The position numbers were made by a program, and so were the translations under genes. A stretch of 64,000 bases of DNA from the NCBI RefSeq assembly GCF_964204645.1, contig NC_134035.1, forward strand, positions 5,456,001 to 5,520,000. The letters run 5' to 3'. Of this stretch, positions 34,443 through 47,800 are shown piece after piece. The DNA comes from Tubulanus polymorphus (lineage: Eukaryota; Animalia; Nemertea). The stretch's first letter is position 1; the number at the start of each line of letters is the position of its first letter. Under the pieces are notes generated by a model. The model did no database searches. It was not told where the DNA came from and saw nothing but the letters and a program-made list of their open reading frames with translations.

Positions 34443-35654
34443 ATGCTAGTTCTACGGTTTCTTACTCTGGTAAGTGAACATTTTCTTTTCATCTTATATG
34501 TGGAATGAATCGATGTTTATTTATTCATTGCAAGTTCCGTTAATTGGACCTATATCTTCGTATTTATTCTAATCTTTTTACGCTAGATAAGAAAAAAAAC
34601 GCTTGTTAATCTCGCGATGATCGGACGCGTGGGAAATCTGGCCGAAATGTAGAATAGCGTGGTTAAATTGCTCTTTCTTATGATACTTCGACATACTGTG
34701 GCAAGCGAGGATCCACTAGGGTCGCTAGTAGTAATAAGATAAAAACCCACTATGTACAAATTAAAAGAATTCTAAAATCGAGAATTTATTTATTAAGTGG
34801 GTTTTTATCTTATTATCTGTTCACCACGTTTGAGTGTAGTTATCGTACTGTCGCTAGTAGACTTAATCGGTCTTTCACGCGTGCGTTCAAAAATTGTACT
34901 AGATTTGAATTTTTATCGTTGAAACTATAGGCCTATTTAAGGACAGGAATTTAATTGAAAAGAGGCACCCAACATTTTTCTCAAACGCGTAAACTGTCTA
35001 TGCTAAAATAGAATGATACCTTGTATCTCCTAAACGGTCGGGTTACTTTTGTTAACTGCAATGAAATTCATGATGAGATCATTTCTATTGCCGGGTCTGT
35101 CATGAAAAAAATTTACGGGATATCTAGGCGGCTGGCCAGGTCAATACTCAGGCTCAGCAGAAATGAGAAAGAAAGTATCGATTCTTGTAGCCTCTAGTTC
35201 GATCCCTGTACGCTCAAACTGATTAAGCATTTATGTGTTTCAGATCGTGGCAATATCGTCAATCGAAACGGCTATTTCTCGAAAACAGGCGAAGAGCGAC
35301 TTGTCGAAATGCATGAGAAAAGGTAACGATCGATGCATCGAGATTTGTGGAAAAATCTTAAAAATAGAAGAAAACGCTATTCGCGATTGCGTCAAGAACG
35401 GGACCGTAAACTCGACAGCGGTCGCCGAGACTGTGTGCGACTCGTTCGGTCGCGTCTGTTTCAGCGAGTGTCGTTATCGATATTGCGGCGTCTACGACGG
35501 CAAGATGGGTCCGTTCGACGTGGACAACGGGGACGTCAAATGGATGAATGAACCTTTGAACGAGATCGTTAAGATAAACGACGTAATGCCGGCCAAAACG
35601 AAACGACGAAATATAAAAACCCGATTCGATCGGCACGCGCGTCGTTTTAAGTGA
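34443..35654 (+). CDS. Orphan secreted cysteine-rich precursor 2, about 145 aa
   Basis: Exon 1 34443-34469 (MLVLRFLTL|GTAAGT) joins exon 2 35244-35654 in phase 0, completing signal peptide MLVLRFLTLIVAISSIETA. Eight Cys spaced 7-3-13-15-6-3-4; NGT and NST sequons; basic tail KRR..RRFK; AATAAA at about 35783 and 35799. Confidence 0.78.
34698..34728 (+). mobile_element. Helitron-family 3' terminus (also at 56207- and 60220-, minus strand)
   Basis: TGGCAAGCGAGGATCC(A/G)C(T/C)AGG.TCGCTAG|T: a conserved hairpin plus CTAG seen three times in the window. Confidence 0.55.
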
Positions 35655-37308
35655 AAACAGGATCATTTTATTTACAGACATAAAAGTGTGAAAACATGCG
35701 TATATTTAGTGCTTACATAATTCGCTACTTATCTCTATTATCGTACTCTATCTGAGGTTAACTACTATACAAACTAAAAACTAATAAACGATTCGAAGAA
35801 TAAAGACTTATTCGTTAATCTGGAATTGATTTGATGGTTTTGATGGTTTACGCAATATCTCGACATGATTTTCAAATTTATTACTGTTTCCTACACGCGT
35901 ATCTGGACCCCTCGTTTTAGAGTTCACGGTACGCTTAAGTTCGGTCCTTTCCGATTGAGCTCTTCCGAAAGAGGAATGCTCTGCTTTTATCTTTCGATCA
36001 CCTCGTTTGGAAGTTCGTCTATCTGTGACGGCGGAAATCCTCTGTCGAGCAGTCAGACTATACTCCGTCTTCCGGATGAGCACTATCGAAAAGGCCCTCG
36101 ATGACCTTTAGAAATAGCGAACTATGATTTCGTCATCAGACCTTACGGAATAAGCCTACTGTTTGGGGCATACTTTTGTGGTTATTTATATACATTCTAA
36201 GTTTGGTAGTAACTGAATGGATTGTAAGTGAATACGTCTATAGTGTTAGACTGACGACTCCGGTATAGATGACATCGATGTTCAGAAGACAGCTTTATTA
36301 TATACATAGGTACCATATATAATTCTAATCGTAAATAGTTATTCGATATTCAAGAAAACCTATTAAATTCGTATGATTTCACGGGATATTTCTAACTTCG
36401 AAACGTCCGTTAAAACATGAATTATCTTTCTTATTAGAGGAAATGAGCTATCAAGTTCTTCACAAAGTAAAGCTATCGACAGCCAAATTTTCTTGACTAA
36501 TATTCAGGAGACACGACCACGTCACACCGCACTAATAAGGTAAAGACAAAGATCTTTTCTATACGTAACTATTATATACACATATGTATATATATATAGT
36601 GCTACTATATGAACAAGTGTTAATAGAATATTTAAAATGACTTCATAGAATGATGCTCACTGTAACACTATACATAATGATATTATAAATAACAAGGAAT
36701 CGAAAACGTCAAAAAGTTTTTTTGTACATTGAAATACACATATAGCCCGAACATTTCAGCGTGTATGTATCTAACGATAGATACACGAGTGTCTATGTAT
36801 CAATATACAGATACACAATATATATATGTATAAATTCGTCTATTCACACTTGAGAAACCCTTTAACTGCGGCGTACGGAAAAGTCGGGGGTTCCACCGGT
36901 CCTTTTTTACCCGATTATTTCATAAGGCATTTTGTAATACGTAATGCGTTGTTACTCTTCTAACTTAAGTATTTGCACATCGGAAGTCGCCCCTTGAGGG
37001 TCCATAAAATATTTGTAAAATATTAGTTATAGATTTATAAAAAAATCAAATTATTATTCGAAATATGCAAATTATCATGCAACCGTCGTATTAGTGTAAA
37101 GTCTACTTAAGTCTATGAGTTATGCAAAACTTTAACTCAATCAATACCAATATAATCATTGATGAAACACTATTCCGTGTAGTGACGACATAGAGGATCC
37201 CCGCACTGGTAAAGATCCCCGCACGAGAAAGATGAAGTCCGAAAAGTTTCTTCAAAGCTAATGATTTATTGATTCGTCGTTTCGACAATAACCTAATACT
37301 CATCTTTA

Positions 37309-37812
37309 AGCCTGGCGCACACGAGGCAATTTTCAGTCGCCGGTTGCTGCGACCGATTTTTGAGCAACCGTTGAGCAATCGATCGCTAGGTGTCGCCCGT
37401 ATGCGACCACTGGCGACGGAGAGGCGATTATCTTTCGCGCCAAACATTTTTATCATGTGACTTGTCAAGATGGCCACGCTACTAACCCGGGTGATGCCGT
37501 ATTTGGAAGTATCACATGATAATTATTCGTTTAGTCATTGGCTAGGTTGATGAGGTGCTCGTTGCTTGGCGTCTCCAGCTACCGCAGACGGGCAACTCTC
37601 GAGCGATCGCCGAGCAATTTCTCGGCGACAAGCAATTTTCCGTCGCCCAATATCAAACATATTTGATATTGGGCGACACGGAGCAATTCCTTTCGACAAC
37701 GAGCAATCGCTGTCGCCCCCTGCCGCAGACGAGCGATTTTTTCGTTCGACGCCGAGCAATTCGGGCGGTTGCTCGAGAATTGCTCGAAACTGTCGCCCGT
37801 GTGCGCCATGCT
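37309..37812. mobile_element. PIF/Harbinger-type MITE
   Basis: TTA|AGCCTGGCGCACACG ... CGTGTGCGCCATGCT|TTA: TIRs with TTA TSD; internal GAGCAAT repeats and hairpin TCGCCCAATATCAAA-CATA-TTTGATATTGGGCGA. Confidence 0.8.
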
Positions 37813-37836
37813 TTAGGAAACAGTTTCCCAAGATGA

Positions 37837-37870
37837 CTGAAGATGACTATTAGGATATAGTCGAAACGTC
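37837..37870 (+). ncRNA. Minimal type I hammerhead ribozyme-like core (stem I missing)
   Basis: CTGAAGA-T-GACTAT[TAGGAT]ATAGTC-GAAA-CGTC: intact core, perfect 6-bp stem II, palindromic ACGT helix III, GUC site. Confidence 0.5.
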
Positions 37871-40797
37871 GAATTAATTAATTATTAGCTTTGTGGAAAC
37901 TTTTCTTACTTCATCTTTCTCGTTTTATCAGTGTGGGTATTCTTTAATATCAATATCGTAATAACTAACCCAAGGAAAACAATTTCGGACCTTTTGATTC
38001 TTGGTGTTAGATTTTATATAAAAAGTTAATATTTATTAGTATGCCTTGGTATATTTCATTCGCGCGCAATCAAGGTAAACAACCCGCAGTTAAAGGGAAT
38101 AATATTTAGACGCGACCGATAAGAAACATAATCAGATCATAAGTATTCTTACAGTCGTTACATTATAAACATCATTACCGCTAATATCAATATGTGTATA
38201 TTTATATATTTACAATTTTGACTAATTCATCATTCGGATTTGAAGATATATCGAATGATACGCGTATATATCGGTTGCGAGTGAAATTCACTCATTCAAA
38301 AAGAGAAAATATCTAAGCCGTTCAAACGAATTCTTATATACATGTACGCTTAGAAACGTGCGTTGTAAAATTAAAAGACCGAAATCTGGAATGATCGCGG
38401 TCACTTTTATGGAAATCCTATGGCCGAAATAACTCTATTTTGACCTATAAGTGTCGAACGAATGGTAGGAAAACAAAATTCGTAATTTAAGTCTCGTTCA
38501 CACGTATGCCAGGATCATTATAGATCACGTATAACATTAAGTTCAGTATTTGAGCGTGGATTCCGAATTGACGCCAATGGTGACAGCACTAGTGTCAACA
38601 CCGTGCTTACTAGGTGTGGATTTTCCCAAACGGATGACCGGTGTCCTAGAATGAAATACCTCCCCTTATCCATGCCCCCATTACAATAGGGTTAGGACCA
38701 GCAGCCCTATTATGACTTACTAATCCGTCGATCTATTGTAAGGGGCATCAGATTCTACGAGACCGGCCACATGGTGGAAAAGAATTACAAATTTTTCCGT
38801 TCGGAATTTCATTGCGGATTTATCAAATGTGGAAATTCGGTTCTAGAGGGGCTCGAAAAGGTCTCTTATATCTTAGCTGTCTGAAAAGTAAAAACGTGAG
38901 TTCACACCGATTTCGATCAATCAAAAAGTACATCGTGTTCATGCGATGGGGAACAATTTCCTCTAATCTCGGGCGCTTTCGAGAGAAAAAATGATCAACG
39001 TTCGTGAAGTTGTTGTGTATTCCTACGTATTTCGAGTAAACGGCGTCACGTCGTTCGGAATAATACGCCACACTGTGTCGTCTGTCTCTGTGCAAGCCGT
39101 GCAATGCTCTCTGCTAGAGTGTAACACCTCGCGCGCGAGTCGAGCTATATAGTCTCACAACATCTTACGTTCTCGCAAACATCTCCCGAATACAACTCTA
39201 ATTATCCGTTATATGAAGGCACGTCAAAAAGGCGGTAGTAGGCTTTGAAAATCCCTTTGATAAAAATAACCCCCGATGACGACGACGACGTCGTTTTTTT
39301 CGAGTCGGTAGATTGCGATAGATTCAGACGCGATCAAAGCGAACACGCGAGAACGACACGTTTCAATCGTCGGGGATGGGTATTCAGGGGTGTCGAAACA
39401 TCAGTGAAAAGAAGCTTTAGAAGAAGTTAATATGTGCGCAATAGTTTGTAACCTTCGTATTTCAAAATATGCTAAACAAGTCGTTCCTTTATAACTGTTT
39501 TTAGTTGACAACAGAGAATTCGCAGTGTTCTACGGAAATTTTCTGGCCTTTCCAGTTTTTTTTTCTATATCTGGGTTTCACGAGGGTTTGTTCTCAATTC
39601 GACTCGAGAACTGTTGTTTTTTTTAATAGTAGACTCTGTTCACGTCGCGGGTAGGTGAAAATTGGCAGGAAATGGCAGTTATACTAGTCTCTCACATTTC
39701 GAATTCCAACCTGCTCGTCGATATTCAAATCTATCTCATCTGAAATTACTGTCAATGAGTTTACGACTTAACGTGCTTATGTACCTTACTCTTCAGATCG
39801 CCCATTATTCCGATTGGATTATGTTTATAATGTAGCGGCGATAATTGATAATCAGCCGCGTAATCATCGGTATATCCGCCATTCAGAACACGATCATATA
39901 CGTACTACGTAATACGCGTTTACGTCACGACAGGAAACCACTCAAATCAAACGTAAATATCGAGCAATTATTATTTATTGCCGTATTTATGAGCGGCCAT
40001 TTACGCGCGCACTGCCCGTATATCGAAAAGGCTTAGCGCATCAGATATAATTCAAGTTCCAATAGCCGGATCGAGCAGTGCCGGAGATTCGATGTTCTGA
40101 CGAGCAAACGAAATTATCAACACAACTCGCCCGCACACACACACACACACACAGCTCGTCGATTGTGAAGGGGATATTTTGTGTTGCTGCGGAAATTGAC
40201 GTATTAATCCTACCTGCTGCGCTGATAATTGAGGATTCGTTAAGCAATTTCCTGAATTAAAGCGACGATTCTGCGATCGTACGTGAGATACAGAACGCGG
40301 CGTGGTTCTAAACGCGCGCGTCAATGTCGAGAGCGACGACAGCAATAATATATCAATCATCTTCGCGAAAAAGAAGTGGATCTTTTTTTTCTAAGAATGT
40401 AATGATAAACCATCTTCGATCTCATTTCCTCGTTTACATCGTAAAGATATAGAGAATAGTGCGGAAGTTTGGGAAAAAAACGTCAATTTGAATATTGATG
40501 AGACGGCTAGTGAGCGATTGCATAGGGTGAATGAATAATCGTATATCTTATAGTAGTTGCATGCGCATGAAAATATGGTGGATTGAAATTGAATTTTGAA
40601 GAACAAAATCGACAAAAATCCACTATATTGAAGAAAAATAGGAGAGTTTAGACATTGGCGTCCCCGGGATTTTTCAAGGGGATGAGATTTCTCTATAAAA
40701 AGGGCCAAATCCACCAGATTTCAATTTCTATAACTGCGTATACTGCGTGGTTTGGAAGAGCAACATAATTTTGGTTGTAATAATTTTCGCACCCCAG

Positions 40798-40929
40798 AGC
40801 CCAGTTTCACGAAAAAGTGTAAGCTAAAAACGGTTTAAGTTAACGTTGTTGTCCTCATTGAAAACATGAAGTAACCAATAGCAATTACACCAAAAAAAAA
40901 TCAGTTCAACTTCATCGTGAAACTGGGCC
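40798..40929. mobile_element. Short MITE with CAG TSD
   Basis: CAG|AGCCCAGTTTCACGA ... TCGTGAAACTGGGCC|CAG. Confidence 0.65.
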
Positions 40930-41299
40930 CAGACCTCCTTCGTCGACTCCATTGGGAGGCTTCCCGCGGAGTAGTGACGTTTCGAGTCAATCGCTATATT
41001 TGAGCCATTTTCTGCAGTCGAAAAGTCGCGTTTTTCTTCATCATTGTTGTTTTTATCTTCAAGTTATAGACTTTATAGACTTATAGTCACTTTGTCACCT
41101 ACGAAATTGAAGTTTAGACGGAATAGTATACAGTTGAAACGAGAGTGCCGCGAAATCATAGGGGATGCTCTGAGCAAGAGCTCGCAATACTCTGTGAAAC
41201 GCTATAGGATATCGACGGACATCTCATAGGCGTTTCGGTGCGCTCAAGGTTGCGGTTACTGGTGTTAAAATTAGCAGAGGGCATTGCATCGGCTTCGTT

Positions 41300-41799
41300 T
41301 CAGCTCATGAACGGTATGATACGACTGTTTCGCAGACTGCCCGGCTGACAGCGGCATTCCGCCAACAGGAAAGCCGATATGCAAACTATCACCATAATGA
41401 AGGCCACCGACAACGAGGAAATGATCGCTTTCAGTAGCGAGTCAAAGTTTCTGGGTCTGTACGGCTGTTTCACCGGTACCGTCCAGACAACGCGCGCTTT
41501 GGTCGGCGCAGCTGTTTGTCCGTTCAGATCCTCGTCGATGAAACCGTCTCCGTCGTCGTCCTTGTTATCTTTGATTTCTTCGTCGACTCGTCCGTCGCAG
41601 TCGTTGTCCACGCCGTCTCGCCGGTTCGCCAGCGACTTACTGGTCGTACGTCGACAGGACGCCAGTGCGACCTGACCGAACGCGACCGGCAACGAGTTCA
41701 ATAGACCGGCGCTGTCGGTCGAGTAGGCGAACACCTGCAGCGGATACGACACGTTGTTGGTGTCGTCGAAGTGTTCTAAATCGAACGTGTTTTTACCTC

Positions 41800-41831
<32 letters not shown>

Positions 41832-44800
41832 CACGACAGGTTTATCCGACAAAACGCCGTTTGTTCGAATCCGTCCAGCCAAGTGCACGTTTGTTTATTA
41901 CCGTTCAATCGGATGCCATTCTTATGAGATTGATCAACTATCACAGCTATGCGAAGATTGTTACTGTTCATCGCGCCGTACACGTGTTTGAGATGAGATA
42001 GATATACCCTGTAGAATCGCGTGGCAGACGCGCCCACATTCCATAGATACGTGTCGAATCCGGTGACGACGTCTCTCACGTAGTAGTCCACGTTTATCGG
42101 TTGGTTAGCGCTGATGAACACCGTTTCGTTCGGGCCGACGATGAAGTCTTTCGACGCCATTTTCTGCACGGTGTTTTCCGTGCGTTGCAGTGAGTCACGA
42201 ATAGCGATCGTAGTCGACGCCGCTTGGCCTGAAATGATATAAATCATACAAATAATCGATCGGTTCACTTTGGTTTCTTTCGCGCGTAATAAGCGTCTAG
42301 GACATAATCGGGATCGCCTGATTTTCTCAAGGAATCGCATACAAAGTTCAACCACTAGGATTCGAAATGCAAATGTGTACTTTGTTTTACTCGTTTATAA
42401 AATATAACTGTCGTAGCTCACATTGAGTGTTCCTCCGCACCCTGTAACCATATGTACTTCGATTTCCGATTTCAAGTTCAAACCCCCTGTTTTGCTTCCG
42501 GCAGGTGTGGCGGGTTTGCAAGGGCCCCATCGAATCAAAACAAATAAAACGAAATCTATACCGATCGAATAAATAACAGGGACAATCCCTATTCTAAAAA
42601 AAGAGAATTCGTAACCCCATCATTTATTGACTAATATGAGATCTTGATTTTGCTATTGGAAACATACAACATATCATCTAATTCTACAGCGCAGAAGGTT
42701 CGAACAGCAAACATAATATCGAGTTTATAATGTAACGGTTCTGTATAAAATAGCTGCCAACTATGGATGCATTTTGATTACCGGGGGACATGGTAGTACT
42801 TGCAATAAAAGAATCCTATCAGTCCACCTATAATTCCGCAGTAACGGTTGTTTTAACGGTAATGAAAGTTGAACCTCACATCAACCGCATTAGACCTCTA
42901 ATCATCGGAGATTGTTTCAATCCCCCGGAAGGCTCTTCTGGCTGTAACGACAGTTGAGTTTTCCCGCGTTGATTAGAAAGTAAAAGCTTATCTATTATCG
43001 GAATAATATACGAATCGCAACAGGCGAACAATTTTAGATTCTGATGTCTAGATGCATGGCAAAAATAGGATAAGATATGTATTATTCGCATTCGCGATGC
43101 TATAAACATGTAAATGTCGGATTCGGAAGTCATGTATATGCGCATATTATGTCACGGAATCGAATTGGTAAATCGTCGTCAGCATGTATACAATAACGTG
43201 TATTAGACACAGTCTTTATAGCGTGACGAACAATATACTTTATTCTTAGCTTTCCGTGTATTATCGACAGATTTTCCAGCTTCACATCCGCGACAGAAAA
43301 CGTCCCGTTCTGATAGGTTTATTATCGAGAGAGAGAGAGAGAGAGAGAGGCTGTCACTTATAGATATGTTAGCTCGAATATTAAGTAGTTTACGTATCAT
43401 AGATACGTATATATTGTAGAAATCAAATAAAAAATATACCACTTGTTAAAAGGGACTAAACGACCGCTACCTCGGCTTGTTCGTCTGTCGTCTTAGATAA
43501 CGTATTTCTGTCAAAAATTCAATCTCAAGTATATACTAAACGATAGCTCCGTGGACCTAGAGTATTTGTTGAGCATATCAGGAGTTTCACAGTTTTAGGA
43601 CCGAACGAAGAAGCACTCGACCCTGGTTGTCACCGACGTGGAATATTCTAGTGAATTTGTTCTTATATATTAGCGATATTATTTTCCATACTCCGATCTA
43701 ATATATATTCTAATTTCCATGTCCGCCTATCTATATTTTCATAACCATACAGTCAAGCGCGCATGATTTGTAGACTGAGAAGTCAAAAACGTGATAAGGT
43801 TTGATTATGTTTGTGACGGAAACATGAATAAATCTGTGTATATAGGTTTCTTCGTATGATCCACAACGCTTATCTTGATTATCCAGTCAGCAATCCCTAC
43901 ATCCCTCCTGGGGAGGGGGGGGGGGGGCTAAGTCCTCGTAATACCGAGATTAAGAGGGAACTCGAAATCAAAGATAATTCGAATTAATTCACATTCGTTG
44001 TAGAGATTTAATAAATTAGCTAGACCGGTATTGAATTAACTGTGTATGCCTTAATCAAATTTGACCTAAATGAAAACAGGCCTGTGTATCTCAAATCAAT
44101 CGCAAGCGGAAACCAGATTCTTACAAATTTCCTCGTATATCCGTTATATACATAGCGAATCGATACGACAAGTAGTGACGACAATTTCGGTTTCCTCTGA
44201 TATCAGTCAAGTGAAAAACCCTGCGCAATGAAATGAAGAAAAGCGATAAAAGAATCTGACGTTTCGACTCGATTCGATGAGCCATTTTCAAAATCAGATT
44301 TTGAAAATGGCTTATAGGAACGTCAGCTTCTTTTATAGTTTTACTATCTTATTGTTGGTTTTCACTGCAACGACGATAAGCTAAAATCGGAAATAACGAA
44401 GGCTTAATTTTTCTCGCAGTAGGTGTAATAAAACATTAGGTTTTCTAATCAGGAGTCTTTCATCCGTTTCAAACGTGTTCTGCGATCTGTGTCGCGCGCG
44501 CGCGTGCGCACGTCAACGAACGAATCTCCAACGGTAATCAATCAAAACTTGTAAAAACTGTACACTTTTTCAACTGGTTTTCATTAATTTAAAAATCCGC
44601 CATAAGTAAACACACACACACACGACGAACGACACGCGATAAATCACTTTGACGCCTGGGAGAGCTGACGGATTTCACCGTCGCGTCTGTTCACACATCA
44701 TAAAACGGTTCGCGTCAAACTAAAGGCGTAATGCGCGCATTTCTACGGTTAAACCTAACTATCGTAACGTTTGGATATTTCTTGCCACGACGAGCAACCA

Positions 44801-47800
44801 GTTTCACCGTTACTGGTAGAAAAAAATCTTGCGTCGCTATTTAAGTTGTACGTGACGTATCAATAGAAAAAATCAACCCATAAAACCCGGGTATATGGAG
44901 ACTATATCTAAAAAAGGGAAGTAAAGTTTCACGTTGTATTTCGAAGGCGCTTAGGTTGGCGGGAGCGAATCTAGAAAATTTACAAGCAGCACTTGTGAAT
45001 ATAATTTTTCGACCGCGGGTACCCTCGAGGTGGCCTAGTTGGGTCCTGTACCGGATAAGTTTGTGAAAAATTGATGCTTATAGATGATATTTCCCGCAGT
45101 CACAATTAAAAATCATTATTTTCAAAAAATCTATACGCCCTAGGTAATGCGCGTTACATATTGCGCGTATCGACGAGAATCGGTATTGACGATCGCATTG
45201 AATTACTTTAATTAGCATTTCGAAGACCTACGCAATATACAAACGAAGATATCTATTCAAGTTAGATATTTCATTGAAACGTTCGCAATACTATCGGCTT
45301 TTTGACGCTAACTGTCGATACTTAGTCTGCCGAAATATTTCAGATAGTCAAACGACGTTTCTTCCATATCTCACTTATGTTAGTGCCTTACAAACCCACC
45401 CAGTAGGCGGCTACTCGATCAAACGATGCGACCGTAGTCGATAATCAAGTACGCTTGTCGCGCTGGTATAGGCCTAGCGCAAGTGTATCGTCTTCGCGTG
45501 CGTCGAAGCAGTTGTTGAAACCCCTCGTCGAAGAAATCGTATTATAATAGTTCGATGATGCCACACATGACCGGCTACATATACGCAACCGATAACTGTT
45601 GATGAGAGGTAATAATTTCCGTTTATAGGTGTGTTCCGGATGTCAACGTTTCGTCGTAATGTTGCTAAGCGACAGCAGACGAACAAATATTGTATATATA
45701 GACTGAGCGACACAACAAAAAAATAAACTAAAAGTACGATCGAAACGGTTTCTGAATTCAGATCGAAGAAAGTATATCAATTGAACGATTTTCAATAACG
45801 ATTTACAAAATGGCGTCTGGTTTCATTAGCTACATTTTTTTGTAGATACTACACAGTAAAACCGTAGAAACCACGGTATTACACATTTTTCTGCTGTTCG
45901 ATACGTTGTCGGGGTTTATTAAAGGTCACAAAAACGGTGCACCAGTGCTTGGATATAGCTATCAGTGTGCATACAGTGAGTTAAATCGTCTCGTTTCAGC
46001 TATCAATAAAATAGATTGATTGAATTTGTTGTAGTTTACGTTTAGTGTCTGATGTTGTAAGGCGGCCAATATATATGTTGTTATAAAGGCACCGAAAAGT
46101 CGGTTCTTTCTAACTGCGTGTTGAAAACTGTAATGCGCCCTCCTAAAAACGCAGTTTCAAACGGGTCGGATTGTCTGTGTCTTCTTCATAAAGACAGTTA
46201 ATACGGTAGAAAATGAAGATGAAAAAATACTAATCAATGTCCCCAGGACGCCGTGTGAGATTATTGAATTGTAGGTTAATGTCTATCTTCAACAAACACT
46301 TTTCTGACACGAAATACGTAATAATCGTAATGAGGTGGTCGGCCTATAATCGATCCATCGACCAACCAAATTCAATCTGCCGTAATGTCGGCTGGCTGAG
46401 ATCTGAAAATAACTAATTTTACCCAGGGGCGGATCTAGGGTCTGATTTAGGGCGGGTGCATCCCAAAAATATGGCATATCATAAAATTACAAGGGCAGCC
46501 TGAAAGAAAGCTCATCGAGGAACATTAACTCATTTTTGAAAATACATAGAACAAGCTTATGAATTTAAACTTTTTTAGGTATCAGTTCAATTATTTTATA
46601 TTCACGTAAAATTTCAAGGCAATTTGATAACATTTTAGGGGGCGCACCCCTTCACCCTCCCCTTGGATCCGTCCCAGTTACCCCCGAGTTCCACTTCGAG
46701 TTCAAATAAGTAGCTCGTATTTTTCCTTCTTCACAAGATGAAGCCTTTTGTCGAGAATGTGCAGTCAACATTCGTTTATACGAGTTTCAGTCAAGGACGA
46801 TGGGAATCCTCTGTTGTATAGGTGATTTGTTTAAATGTTTTTGACACGAAAAAGTAATTTAAGTCGGATTACGGGGGAACGACATGGACCCAATCAATTA
46901 CAGTAATGGTTTTGCACTCACAGTTGGATTTGATGTGAAAAGCAGCAAAATAGACGGAGCAGCGGCGTTTCAAATTGGAGCATATTCAAAATTGAATTCT
47001 AAAGGCAGTTAAGCGAGAAATAGATAATATTCTTGGAATGATATTGGAAAGATAATGTTTAGAGGCAATAATATGATATGCAGTTTGAATTACTATGTGA
47101 CCTGTATATATATAATACCTACCCATAACACTGAATACTGACTGATATCTAAGTTTATCTATTTCTAAGGCGGGTATATGGTATTTCGTGGACCACATCG
47201 AAGTGGGCAGTAGCTGTCGAAATATCCAAGAAGTCCGATTTCGTTCGGTAACCTGTGCACTGTAGTAGACGACGGTAGAGTTCGAACAGCGAATATTCAA
47301 ATTTTCCAAACTGTCGTTCGATTTCAGCAGCAGTACTTCATTTTTCTCCAGCTCGTAGTAAAAGTCCGTACCGCGATTGAATCCGCCGGAACTACTGTAA
47401 ATCGAAACGGACGTCGGTGACGTCATCGCCACGCGGGTTTTCGCGTGCAACGAAATCAGCGTCAGCGTAGCGGCCGACGTGAGGGCCATCGTTCGAGGTA
47501 CGAAATATTCCGTCGCTATCTTCGTGTTTATTTGTATCAGCGGTGATAGTCCGTGAACGGCGTTCGAAGCGATACTCTTACAAAGGCAATAGACAAACAT
47601 CGAACCACTCGACTGAAGGATGGCTCCTAGAAGTTAAACAAAAATGAACGGTGTACAGTCATTAGAAAACGACGAATCGTGTTGTTCGATAACGAAACGG
47701 CAAATACATTATTTAAAAAGCCCATAAATCAAAAAGATAAAAAAATATTTAGATGAGATCAATTTACTCCATATTTTTAGATTTGCCTTTCACAAAATGA

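Larger units (their letters stand above)
37243..37905. mobile_element. Penelope-like inverted repeat pair with hammerhead-like cores, interrupted by a MITE
   Basis: Minus arm 37243-37308 and plus arm 37837-37905 share AAGATGA.TATTAGG.TAT.GTCGAAACG.CGAAT..AT.AAT.ATTAGCTTTG..GAAACTTTTC. Confidence 0.6.

Noticed and set aside
37103-37853. Overlapping ORFs on both strands
   Set aside because: Largely coincide with a GC-rich palindromic MITE; no protein motif.
38686-38697. Minus-strand CCTAACCCTA as a telomerase RNA template
   Set aside because: It lies within paired stems, and I could not find a downstream pseudoknot, CR4/5 or box H/ACA; a 10-mer match is weak evidence.
42005-42016. miR-10-like TACCCTGTAGA
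   Set aside because: Match stops after 11 nt, lies in a coding exon, no hairpin.
46289-46402. Extra exon of the IgGFc-like gene
   Set aside because: Acceptor-like site present, but the flanking exons already join in phase and the peptide is uninformative.
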